Part shown: positions 30,845 to 39,049 of the stretch, piece by piece
How the letters are laid out: every line of letters begins with the position of its first letter
Position numbering within the stretch: the stretch's first letter is position 1
Source: Candidatus Poribacteria bacterium
GTDB lineage: Bacteria; Poribacteria; WGA-4E; WGA-3G
DNA length: 64,000 nt
NCBI GenBank assembly: GCA_965242965.1
Contig: OZ251518.1
Coordinates: 3,392,001 to 3,456,000, forward strand
Direction: 5' to 3'
The notes under the pieces: generated by a model
What the model saw: the letters and a program-made list of their open reading frames with translations, nothing else
Told to the model about the DNA's origin: nothing
Database searches by the model: none
Program-made: the position numbers and the translations under genes

Positions 30845-31405
30845 CTAGGCAGTCGGCGGCGAAGTCCCGTTATGTTTCTCCGCGGGATTCGGCTCGGTGA
30901 ACGGTTCGCCCGCCGCTTCCGCCGCTTGCCGGCGTTCCAGCCAGTCCAGCCAGGCATCGCGCTCCAATTCCTTGCCTCGTTCCTCGCCGAGTTTGATACC
31001 ACGTTCCTTGCCCCGTTCCTCGCCGAGTTTGATACCACGTTCCTCGCCGAGTTTGATACCACGTTCCTCACCGCGCGCCTCATGCGCCGCAATCCGAGAA
31101 CGCTGACGCTCCTCGATTTGCGCTTTCACGATTTCATATAGAATCATCAGAAACTCCCATATTACCAGAATAACGATAGGCGCAACACCCAGAATCGGTA
31201 AAGACTGCGACGTATCGTGAAGAATAGCACGAACGGTTTTGAAACCTCGCCAACCATCCGTCCCGATATAATCTGCAGCAGAGAAACCTGCGTAGACGAG
31301 CAGACTGATAACGAAGAGAAACAACGCATAGCCTACCCAACGACGCTTCACACCCAAAAACGGAACCCTGTCGTCTGCCCTATCGTTCAGTTGTTGATTT
31401 TTCAT
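30845..31405 (-). CDS. two-TM membrane protein with GEERGIKL repeats and W..W..RR..A...G.PF.EP tail
   Basis: Paralogous to 38393-38836; AAGGA RBS. Confidence 0.75.
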   Translation of the reverse strand: MKNQQLNDRADDRVPFLGVKRRWVGYALFLFVISLLVYAGFSAADYIGTDGWRGFKTVRAILHDTSQSLPILGVAPIVILVIWEFLMILYEIVKAQIEERQRSRIAAHEARGEERGIKLGEERGIKLGEERGKERGIKLGEERGKELERDAWLDWLERRQAAEAAGEPFTEPNPAEKHNGTSPPTA

Positions 31406-31539
31406 GCCGGTTGTAGTTCCTTTCGGTTCACCGTCCGGGCCGAAGGACCACCCGGCGATGTCATCATAGTATCACATATCTCGCGAGGAATGTCAAGTCC
31501 TTTTAGCTGACGACCGGACGATGCCGCTCGCCAAAACGG

Positions 31540-31620
31540 CGCGCGGGCACCTGTCCCCCGCGAGGACAGTCTAATACGCACCTCCGAAACGTAGCGCGGG
31601 GGCCTGTCCCCCGCGAGGGA
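31540..31620. repeat. REP copies (GTAGCGCGGGGGCCTGTCCCCCGCGA)
   Basis: Perfect copy starting at 31591 plus a degenerate copy. Confidence 0.8.
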
Positions 31621-31746
31621 GACTCGGCGAAGGACATCCCCCGTCCTACCAAAAAGGGGCCGTTCTTAACTGCTGGAAACAGGGTTGGAATTTCCCCTAT
31701 AGATGCATATAGTATACCACACTCATCCAAAAAATCGCAAAAAAAT

Positions 31747-31775
31747 TTGACATTTGCGCTGAAATAGGGTATAAT
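31747..31775 (+). promoter_or_regulatory. consensus sigma70 promoter of the his operon
   Basis: TTGACA-17nt-TATAAT. Confidence 0.85.
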
Positions 31776-31807
31776 ATAATAAACCGCTGACGCTTCAAAG
31801 CGAAAAA

Positions 31808-31858
31808 ATGATGCAAACGCTATTTTTCACCCCTCATCATCATCCGTTCCATGCCTGA
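31808..31858 (+). CDS. histidine operon leader peptide MMQTLFFTPHHHPFHA
   Basis: 16-aa ORF with four CAT codons between the promoter and hisZ. Confidence 0.75.
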   Translation: MMQTLFFTPHHHPFHA

Positions 31859-31979
31859 GCAGAGCGGATTCGGATGATGCATAACACTGCGATGCCCCCG
31901 GTAAACTCACCGCTCTCCTCTGTGCAGCGCGATATTTGCGCGCCAGAGCAAAGTGCACTGTTTGCCGGGAATTTTTTTT
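31838..31979 (+). terminator. his attenuator (alternative stems and terminator)
   Basis: CATCATCCG/CGGATGATG; AGAGCGG/CCGCTCT; CCCGGTAAAC/GTTTGCCGGG followed by a T run. Confidence 0.7.
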
Positions 31980-32084
31980 AAGGTAGATTTTTTTTAAGGT
32001 AGAGAGACGCAGAACACCTTAAACCGCGCTTACTGGAAGCATCAGTCCAAAGTCCAATTAAGTAAGGAGGCCATACGAAAAAAA

Positions 32085-33362
32085 ATGGCAAAGTTTACCA
32101 AACCCGCCGGCACGAACGATTTTTTACCAGACCAGATGGTTCAACGAAATTTCGTTGAAAACGTCGTTCGTGAAACGTTTGAAGCATACGGATACGCACA
32201 GGTGCAGACTCCGTTGTTTGAATCGTTCGCGCTGCTATCGGCGCAATCCGGCGAGGAAATCCGTCAAAAAATGTTTACGTTCGTCGGTTCGGACAGAGTG
32301 GATTACGCGCTGCGTCCGGAACTGACAGCCCCCGTGTGCCGGCTCATCGCGAACGGCGAACTCCAAAACCTGCCGTATCCGTATAAACTCTACTACGTTG
32401 GGCAGTGCGTCCGGCTAGAGACGGCATCGGCAAATCGCGAATTCCGGCAGGCAGGCGTTGAGCTCATCGGGGCGGCATCAGCTCTCGCGGATGCCGAAAT
32501 CATCACGCTCCCTGTCCGCATCTTGGAAAAACTGAACATTCACAACACGAAACTGAAAATCGGCGCGCCCGGTATCTACCGGCAGATTTTAAAACAGGTT
32601 CGCCTCCATCCGCGGGACCTCGGGGAAATCATCCTCGATTTGGACGTTATTTCACAAAGTCAGATGGAAGCATCGCCTAGCAACGTGGAAGAAACCTACA
32701 CGGCGCGGTGGCACCGCCACCTTCAGGTGCCGGAGGACATCGCGCATCGGTGCATCGCCGTCTCACAGATTCGCGGCGATAAGGACGCGGTGATGGCGGC
32801 ATGGGACACGCATCTCAAAGACATCGCTTGTGAAGCGAAGCAGGGACTCATCTCCCTCTGCGATGCACTGCACAATCACGACATCACCGATTTTGAGATA
32901 GACCTCGGGCTCACGCGCGGGTTCGATTTCTACACCGGCAATGTCTTCCAAATTGAACTCGAGGAGCCGCAACTGCCCCTCTGTGGCGGCGGCAGATATG
33001 ACACGCTCATTGAATCGTTCGGCGGGCCATCGCTTCCCGGCGCGGGGTTTGCGTTCCAATTTGATTCGCTGGTGACAGCGTTTGCGCAAACAGAAAACGC
33101 CACAATTTCTGCGAAGCGCGATTACTTTATCGCGACAACATCGCCTGAACTCACGGGGGAAGCGCAACGTCTCGCCGAGAAATTGCGGCGCACAGGTAAA
33201 ATTGTAGAGGTAGACCTGATGGCGCGCGACGCTCAGGCCCAGCACGATTATGCCGTGCAAGCGAACTACACCTACATGCTGAACTTAACTCCCGCACAAC
33301 CGCTCCGACAGATTGAGTTGAAAACCGGTAAGGCAGATGTTGTCGCCGTTGAGGAGTTGTAG
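32085..33362 (+). CDS. hisZ: ATP phosphoribosyltransferase regulatory subunit (HisRS paralog)
   Basis: LRPELTAPVCR, EFRQAGVELIG, AD.E, RG.D.YTG and GGGRYD motifs; precedes hisG; a separate intact hisS follows. Confidence 0.8.
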   Translation: MAKFTKPAGTNDFLPDQMVQRNFVENVVRETFEAYGYAQVQTPLFESFALLSAQSGEEIRQKMFTFVGSDRVDYALRPELTAPVCRLIANGELQNLPYPYKLYYVGQCVRLETASANREFRQAGVELIGAASALADAEIITLPVRILEKLNIHNTKLKIGAPGIYRQILKQVRLHPRDLGEIILDLDVISQSQMEASPSNVEETYTARWHRHLQVPEDIAHRCIAVSQIRGDKDAVMAAWDTHLKDIACEAKQGLISLCDALHNHDITDFEIDLGLTRGFDFYTGNVFQIELEEPQLPLCGGGRYDTLIESFGGPSLPGAGFAFQFDSLVTAFAQTENATISAKRDYFIATTSPELTGEAQRLAEKLRRTGKIVEVDLMARDAQAQHDYAVQANYTYMLNLTPAQPLRQIELKTGKADVVAVEEL

Positions 33363-33528
33363 TCCCTTTATAGGTAATTTCAGTAGGAGGGACATCCCTG
33401 TCCCGATACAACGAATTTTGGTAGGAGGGACATCCCTGTCCCGATACACAACGCATCAAAACCGGGAGGACTCTCCTACTGACAGCGTTCGGGAACGAAA
33501 TGTTTCTGATGAAAAAGGAAAACCGATT

Positions 33529-34365
33529 ATGCAATCGCAATTGAAAGCGCGCGGGGGACAGGCCCCCGCGCTAAAGAAACTGAACCTACTTTTGCCCAAA
33601 GGCAGCCTGCAGGGTGAAACGCTTGAAATGTTGCAACGCGCCGGCTACGAAGTCAACGGCTATAGCGAGACAGACAGACTGTATCGGGCGACGTTCCGCA
33701 ACGACAGCGAGCTGCAAATCAAGATATCGCGCCCACAGGAGATTCCTGTCTACGTCGGAATGGACGATTTCTATGACATCGGCATCACCGGACAAGATTG
33801 GACGGAGGAGGCAGACGCGGCGGTTGAAGAAATCTTGCCGCTGGAATACGGACGCATCGACATCGTGCTGGCGGTGCGCCAAGAACGCGATGACATCAAC
33901 ACGTTTGAAGACTTGATGCATCTCGCCGATGCCAGCGTGCCCGGTGCCAGCGCGGTTTCAAACCGCATCCGCATCTCCACCGAATATCTCAACATCGCCG
34001 AGAAATACATCCTTGAGAAGACAGAGAACCAGATCGCCCCGGCTATCCTGACCCCGTGGAAGCGGCTCAATACGCGAGGCAGCTATCAGTCACCTATCAC
34101 GCTGATGCTTTCCTTCGGCGCGACAGAAGGGAAGCCACCGGAAGAGGCGGATGCTATTATTGATAATTCCACCTCGTCCCGGCGGACGCTCATGGCGAAT
34201 GAACTCAAGGTAATCGAGCTGCTGCGGGAATCTGAATCAACCCTGATTGCGAATCCAAAGTCGCTGCGCGACCCGTGGAAAGGCGCGAAGATTCAGGAAT
34301 TCAAGCAGACGCTAGAAAAAGGACTGCGCCGGCGGCGGAGTCAAACCTTGACTGGCCACATATAA
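33529..34365 (+). CDS. hisG: ATP phosphoribosyltransferase (apparently lacking the C-terminal regulatory domain)
   Basis: LPKGSL, RPQEIP.YV, DIGITGQDW, STEY and SFGATE motifs. Confidence 0.9.
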   Translation: MQSQLKARGGQAPALKKLNLLLPKGSLQGETLEMLQRAGYEVNGYSETDRLYRATFRNDSELQIKISRPQEIPVYVGMDDFYDIGITGQDWTEEADAAVEEILPLEYGRIDIVLAVRQERDDINTFEDLMHLADASVPGASAVSNRIRISTEYLNIAEKYILEKTENQIAPAILTPWKRLNTRGSYQSPITLMLSFGATEGKPPEEADAIIDNSTSSRRTLMANELKVIELLRESESTLIANPKSLRDPWKGAKIQEFKQTLEKGLRRRRSQTLTGHI

Positions 34366-34466
34366 TCATCGCCTTATCCATCTCTGTAGTTCGGGAGCAC
34401 CCGCTCCCGAACGTTCAAGATCAGGCGAGCTTGAACTACAGAACTTTCGTAATAAGGAGGCACCCC

Positions 34467-35804
34467 ATGGCAACCTTTATCAAACCGCGTGTGCCGCGCG
34501 GGATGCGAGACATCTTACCCGAACAGATGCTCCGCCGGCACTACGTCATCAATACCGTTCAGGCCGTCTTCGAGGAATTCGGGTTTGAACCGCTACAAAC
34601 GCCCGCGTTGGAACTCTCCGAAGTGCTGATGGGCAAATACGGAGCGGATGCCGAAAAACTTATCTATCAGGCAGGACACAGCGGTGGGAAGGAGAACATC
34701 TCCCTTCGCTATGATCTGTCCGTACCGCTCTGCCGCGTCATCGCCATGTATCCGCAACTGCCGAAACCGTTCAAGCGATACCAGATCGATCCGGTTTGGC
34801 GCGCCGAACGGCCACAGAAGGGACGCTATCGCCAATTCTATCAATGCGATGCCGATACCGTTGGGAGTGAGAGCATGCTAGCAGACGCGGAGAATGTCAG
34901 CCTTATCTATCACGTGCTGTCGCGCCTCGGTTTCAAGCAGTTCAAGATTAATATCAACGACCGGAAACTCATCACCGGCATCGGGCAATTCGCCGGCGTG
35001 CCAGCGGAACAACTCGGCGGCCTCTATCGTTCCATCGATAAATTGGACAAGATCGGGTTGGCCGGGGTGCGGGAGGAATTGCGTCAAAACGAAATTCCGG
35101 AATCTGTTATCGTGAAGCTGCTGACGCTGCTCCAAATTGAGGGAGATGCAGAGACGGTGCTCGGTGAACTGGGTGAGCAACTCGGCGATTCCGAGGCGGC
35201 GCGGGAAGGCATCGTTGAGTTGACTGAACTCATCGGCTACCTCACGATGCTCGGCGTGCCCGAAGAGTGTTATCGGGTGAACGTAGCGATGGTGCGCGGG
35301 TTGGAATACTACACCGGTCCGATTTATGAAACCGTCGTCGAAGAACCGAAAATCGGGAGCATCACCGGCGGCGGTAGATACGATGAACTCATCGGAAGTT
35401 TCAGCAAGCAGAACTATCCCGCCACCGGCACCAGCTTCGGCATTGAACGGATTATTGACGTGATGGAGGCGTTTGACATGTTTCCGCCTTCCATCGGCAA
35501 AACGGTGACAGACGTGTTGGTATCCGTTTTTGACGACGAGTTGATGCCGGCATCGCTGAAGTTAGCGACGCTTTTGCGTCAAAACGGCGTGCGCACTGAG
35601 GTTTATTTCCGGCCCGCCCGGATGAGCGCGCAGATAAAATATGCGGATAACCGAGGTATCCCTTACGTTGCCATCCTCGGTTCTGACGAAGTGGAGTCTG
35701 GGACAGTTGCGATTCGGAATCTTGCGACTCGGGAGCAGCAGAGCGTGGCGCGGGAGGAGGTTGTTGCGCGGATTCAGGAGGCGTTGCGGGGTTCTAGAAC
35801 GTAG
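34467..35804 (+). CDS. hisS: histidine--tRNA ligase
   Basis: PRGMRD, LRYDLSVP, WRAERPQKGRYRQFYQCD, RGLEYYTG, GGGRYD and GIERI motifs. Confidence 0.96.
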   Translation: MATFIKPRVPRGMRDILPEQMLRRHYVINTVQAVFEEFGFEPLQTPALELSEVLMGKYGADAEKLIYQAGHSGGKENISLRYDLSVPLCRVIAMYPQLPKPFKRYQIDPVWRAERPQKGRYRQFYQCDADTVGSESMLADAENVSLIYHVLSRLGFKQFKININDRKLITGIGQFAGVPAEQLGGLYRSIDKLDKIGLAGVREELRQNEIPESVIVKLLTLLQIEGDAETVLGELGEQLGDSEAAREGIVELTELIGYLTMLGVPEECYRVNVAMVRGLEYYTGPIYETVVEEPKIGSITGGGRYDELIGSFSKQNYPATGTSFGIERIIDVMEAFDMFPPSIGKTVTDVLVSVFDDELMPASLKLATLLRQNGVRTEVYFRPARMSAQIKYADNRGIPYVAILGSDEVESGTVAIRNLATREQQSVAREEVVARIQEALRGSRT

Positions 35805-35910
35805 GGCGTGGGCCTGCCCCCCGCGAGCCTAAAGGAGGCGAGGGACAGGCCCCCGCCCTACGGTATCAAGGACAAGCGGCGTGGCGAGGGACAGGCCCTC
35901 GCCCTACGGT
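35801..35910. repeat. REP cluster
   Basis: GGCGAGGGACAGGCCCYCGCCCTAC copies. Confidence 0.8.
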
Positions 35911-35911
35911 A

Positions 35912-36250
35912 TCACGGACGGTTCGCAGTTTCGCGATTCTCGCTGGCGTATCTGAGGAATTCCAGATCCAGCAGCAGCGGCGCGGCCTCATCCAATTCAA
36001 AACAGAGCTCCTGCAAATCCGCAAGCATCCCATCTAAATCGGAGTCAACCTGGCGATATGCCTGTTGCGCACTATCCGGCTCATACCCCGATTTCCTGAG
36101 GAAATACGAGGTGCACAACCAGACGCTCACCAACACGATAAGCATTGTCCCACCGAAGATGATAGCGATGATAGCGACGACCGCGGCCAGCATTTTAACG
36201 ATGAAGAAGAGCATCACCGCGAGGAAAATGACGAGCAGTAGCAGTCCCAT
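35912..36250 (-). CDS. small membrane protein
   Basis: Hydrophobic N-terminus; similar to 36265-36501; AAGGAGG RBS. Confidence 0.65.
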   Translation of the reverse strand: MGLLLLVIFLAVMLFFIVKMLAAVVAIIAIIFGGTMLIVLVSVWLCTSYFLRKSGYEPDSAQQAYRQVDSDLDGMLADLQELCFELDEAAPLLLDLEFLRYASENRETANRP

Positions 36251-36264
36251 GCGATGTCCCTCCT

Positions 36265-36501
36265 TTACTCACCGCCGCTTTTGGCGATTTTGATGAGGCG
36301 TTTCACCTCTTGCCTGAGGTTCACGACTTCTTCCTGAACGCGGGCGAGTTTTTGCTGGAGTGCCTCTATCTCGCGTTGCGACGCGCCTTTTGTTAAGCCG
36401 CGTTTCTTTGCAGAGTAGGATGTCCCCATCCACACGCATCCGAGCGTCGTCACGGTAACACTGCCAAAAATAATGGCAATAATGAAAATGATTTGTGACA
36501 T
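36265..36501 (-). CDS. small TM + coiled-coil protein
   Basis: One TM followed by heptad repeats; AAGGAGG RBS. Confidence 0.7.
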   Translation of the reverse strand: MSQIIFIIAIIFGSVTVTTLGCVWMGTSYSAKKRGLTKGASQREIEALQQKLARVQEEVVNLRQEVKRLIKIAKSGGE

Positions 36502-36642
36502 GCCAAATCCTCCTTTTTTCTATCTGAACTACGTAGACTCAACCGGGTAAGCGCGGTTTAAACAGCGCGCCTACCGGGTTATTTTGTTTCCTATGAGATA
36601 GAGTCTTCTGGACGCGAAAAGGATAGAAAAAAATGAGCCTAA

Positions 36643-38064
36643 CTAAAAATGCCTGCGGCTCTTCGGACTTTCACACAACTCACACACCAATTGCTCCAGA
36701 ATGCAGGTTGCATCAAGTTGACTCGTTTTCAATTGCGTGTCCACTTCCAAGGTTTTTTCCAGCGCGGTCATGAGTTCCTCAACTTTGAAAGCGTGGAGCG
36801 TCTGAAAAATTTTGTAGGCGGCGTAGGGACGCTGCTTCAGAACGTTCGTATCGGCTGCTGTCGGGAGTAAATCCGCCATTTCTTGGGAGAGCGGTTTAAA
36901 AACGTCGCTGACAAACCTATCAAACTGCATCCTGCGTCCTATCTGGCTCCGGTTCGCTTTCTCGACAATGAGTTTCGCTTGCAGGGACAGGCGGAGTTGG
37001 CGGATAATCAGCGTGTTCACCTTAATATGCGGCTCACCGCTGGCCAGCACTTCGTGAAGGCTTTTTAACGCCTGCGCCACCGAACGCCGCCCGATGGCAT
37101 CGGTGAGGTGAAAAATGTTGTCAAACGTATTCTGCGTCACCATGTTCCGCACATCCTGTTCGTCAATCTGGTGTTTATCGCCGACAAAATTGACGATTTT
37201 GTTGATGGACTCGGCGATGGTGTGCATGTCACCGCCGGTGCGGGAACGGAGCTGCAGATAGGCGCGCGGGGTTATCTGCTTATCAAATGCCTCAAACTTC
37301 TCTACAACCTTTTTATACAGCGGGTCGCGGGGCGAAACGCCGCCACCTGCAGGCGCGCCAGAAAACGGTTGGAAGGAGACATAGCGTCCTACCTCTTGAA
37401 TCTTCTTGACGATGCGGTTCCGTTCGTTGACAACCCCTGGCACCGTTAACACTAACACGCTCGTCTTCGGAAGTTCGCTTTGCAGCCATTCAAACAGCAA
37501 TTCTGCATCGTCGGCAGCACCGGCATCCGCTGGAGAAACATCCACTTTCTCGGCAATTCGCGGCAGCCTCTCAAGGAACGCGCGCTCGTCTGCGGTTAAT
37601 TTATCACCAACCTCTTCAATTACTGCCTCAACAGCGTTTGTGAAATCAGCGTGGCGTTCGGCGATTTGTTGCGGTGTTACCCCTAGGCATTTCGTCACCG
37701 TGGTGATACACTTTCCGGCATCCTCGTTTTCTAGTTTGATGGCATCGCGAATGAGCGTTGTCGGCGTTGCACGCCGCTGCGTCTTGAAAACTGGCGAGTC
37801 GCGCACGACGACAACCCGCCAGTCCGACATAACAGGATAGAGGGACACCTGGCTCAGGATTTCCCGCGTTGTGACAGCGGTGCCATCAAGAAAGGAGAGG
37901 TTGAAATCGCGCGTGTCAGGCGTTAGCAGCGTATCTAACATCTGCTTGAGCGTCCCCTCGATGAGGAAACTCTCCTCGCCACAGAGCAGGTAGACAGGCT
38001 TTACCTTGTTTGATTGGATTTCGCGCAAAATATTGGGGGGTTTGTTTTCCGTTTTCTGTCTCAT
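36643..38064 (-). CDS. holA: DNA polymerase III subunit delta (with a large insertion)
   Basis: PVYLLCGEESFLI, FNL..LDG, NIF.LTDAI and D.QLKTS motifs. Confidence 0.85.
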   Translation of the reverse strand: MRQKTENKPPNILREIQSNKVKPVYLLCGEESFLIEGTLKQMLDTLLTPDTRDFNLSFLDGTAVTTREILSQVSLYPVMSDWRVVVVRDSPVFKTQRRATPTTLIRDAIKLENEDAGKCITTVTKCLGVTPQQIAERHADFTNAVEAVIEEVGDKLTADERAFLERLPRIAEKVDVSPADAGAADDAELLFEWLQSELPKTSVLVLTVPGVVNERNRIVKKIQEVGRYVSFQPFSGAPAGGGVSPRDPLYKKVVEKFEAFDKQITPRAYLQLRSRTGGDMHTIAESINKIVNFVGDKHQIDEQDVRNMVTQNTFDNIFHLTDAIGRRSVAQALKSLHEVLASGEPHIKVNTLIIRQLRLSLQAKLIVEKANRSQIGRRMQFDRFVSDVFKPLSQEMADLLPTAADTNVLKQRPYAAYKIFQTLHAFKVEELMTALEKTLEVDTQLKTSQLDATCILEQLVCELCESPKSRRHF

Positions 38065-38276
38065 TGCGGCAAACTGCCGCCACTAGGGAGGGCTCAGGTT
38101 GAGCCTTCCGTGGCAGCCTCCTTTTGGGTCCCCGCGGTTGCAAAAGCGGAGAAGCGTTTCTTTGGGTTTAGCGCGCCGCATCGCGGGCATTCAGGCGATG
38201 TGTCGGCATCACTGGCACGGCGCAGCATTTCAAACTGCGTTGTGCATGCGTAGCACTCGTATTCAAAAATTGGCAT
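38061..38276 (-). CDS. FmdB-family zinc-ribbon protein, candidate selenoprotein (in-frame UGA at 38094-38096; ends at 38094 if not recoded)
   Basis: MPIFEYEC..C...FE...CP.CG motif; read-through product ends in an ATGA overlap with holA. Confidence 0.8.
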
Positions 38277-38392
38277 CGTTTTCCTCATCGTGCTGTGGAG
38301 CGAGAGCACGCGCTCCCACTCCACAGAAATTCATCGGAGCCCCAGGACGCGTTTCGGCGTAACCGGGCAACCGAGCGTTATTCCAGGGGAAC

Positions 38393-38836
38393 TTATGGCG
38401 AAGTCGGCGGCGGTTCATGAAAAGGGATACCGCCTGCCTCTGCCGTCATCCGCCGGGTGTTCCACTCTGCCCACACCCGGTCTCGCTCGGCAGCGACTTC
38501 CGCAGTGACTTCCGCAGTGACTTCCTTCACGATTTCCCTGATTTGTTTTTCCTGTTCCCTCTTGTAGAGGTTCCACAGTATCATAAGAACAGACCCTCCG
38601 AGTTCAAAAAACAGCGTTAAAACGAAAGCCACCGAAATAAATTCGGCAACATGGCCTACGATGGCGATTATCGTTTCAACAGAATTTTCCCTGCCTTTCG
38701 CGAGCTCATATTCGCCTACCATCCAGGTATAACTCGCTACCAACGCAAGGAAAAAAATAATATCCGCGAGAAACGTCCCCCGCATGAAACTGAATACAGG
38801 CACTCGTTTCTCTATCAGGTACCTATCTTTTTTCAT
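38393..38836 (-). CDS. two-TM membrane protein, paralog of 30845-31405
   Basis: Shared RVP.F N-terminus, LMIL junction and ERD..W..W..RR..AEA.G.PF.EP tail. Confidence 0.75.
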   Translation of the reverse strand: MKKDRYLIEKRVPVFSFMRGTFLADIIFFLALVASYTWMVGEYELAKGRENSVETIIAIVGHVAEFISVAFVLTLFFELGGSVLMILWNLYKREQEKQIREIVKEVTAEVTAEVAAERDRVWAEWNTRRMTAEAGGIPFHEPPPTSP

Positions 38837-39049
38837 TTAGATTTTCCTGTAACGGCACGCGCAAACCGCTTATGTGGTAACACGTTTAAGCAGCTCGCAC
38901 GCTATACTTAAGTATCACATATTCTGCGCGAGCAATCCCAATGCCGCGCCATTTCCAAAACGACTTCGCCTTTCAATAACGCCCAACACCGCAAGACGAA
39001 GGATAGGTTTTCCCACGTCCTACGGGAAGGCGAAGTCAAAATCCACGCG

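Noticed and set aside
32085-33362. Duplicate hisS
   Set aside because: It lacks the motif-2 loop (ERPQKGR) and GxER, and precedes a hisG without a regulatory domain, so HisZ fits better.
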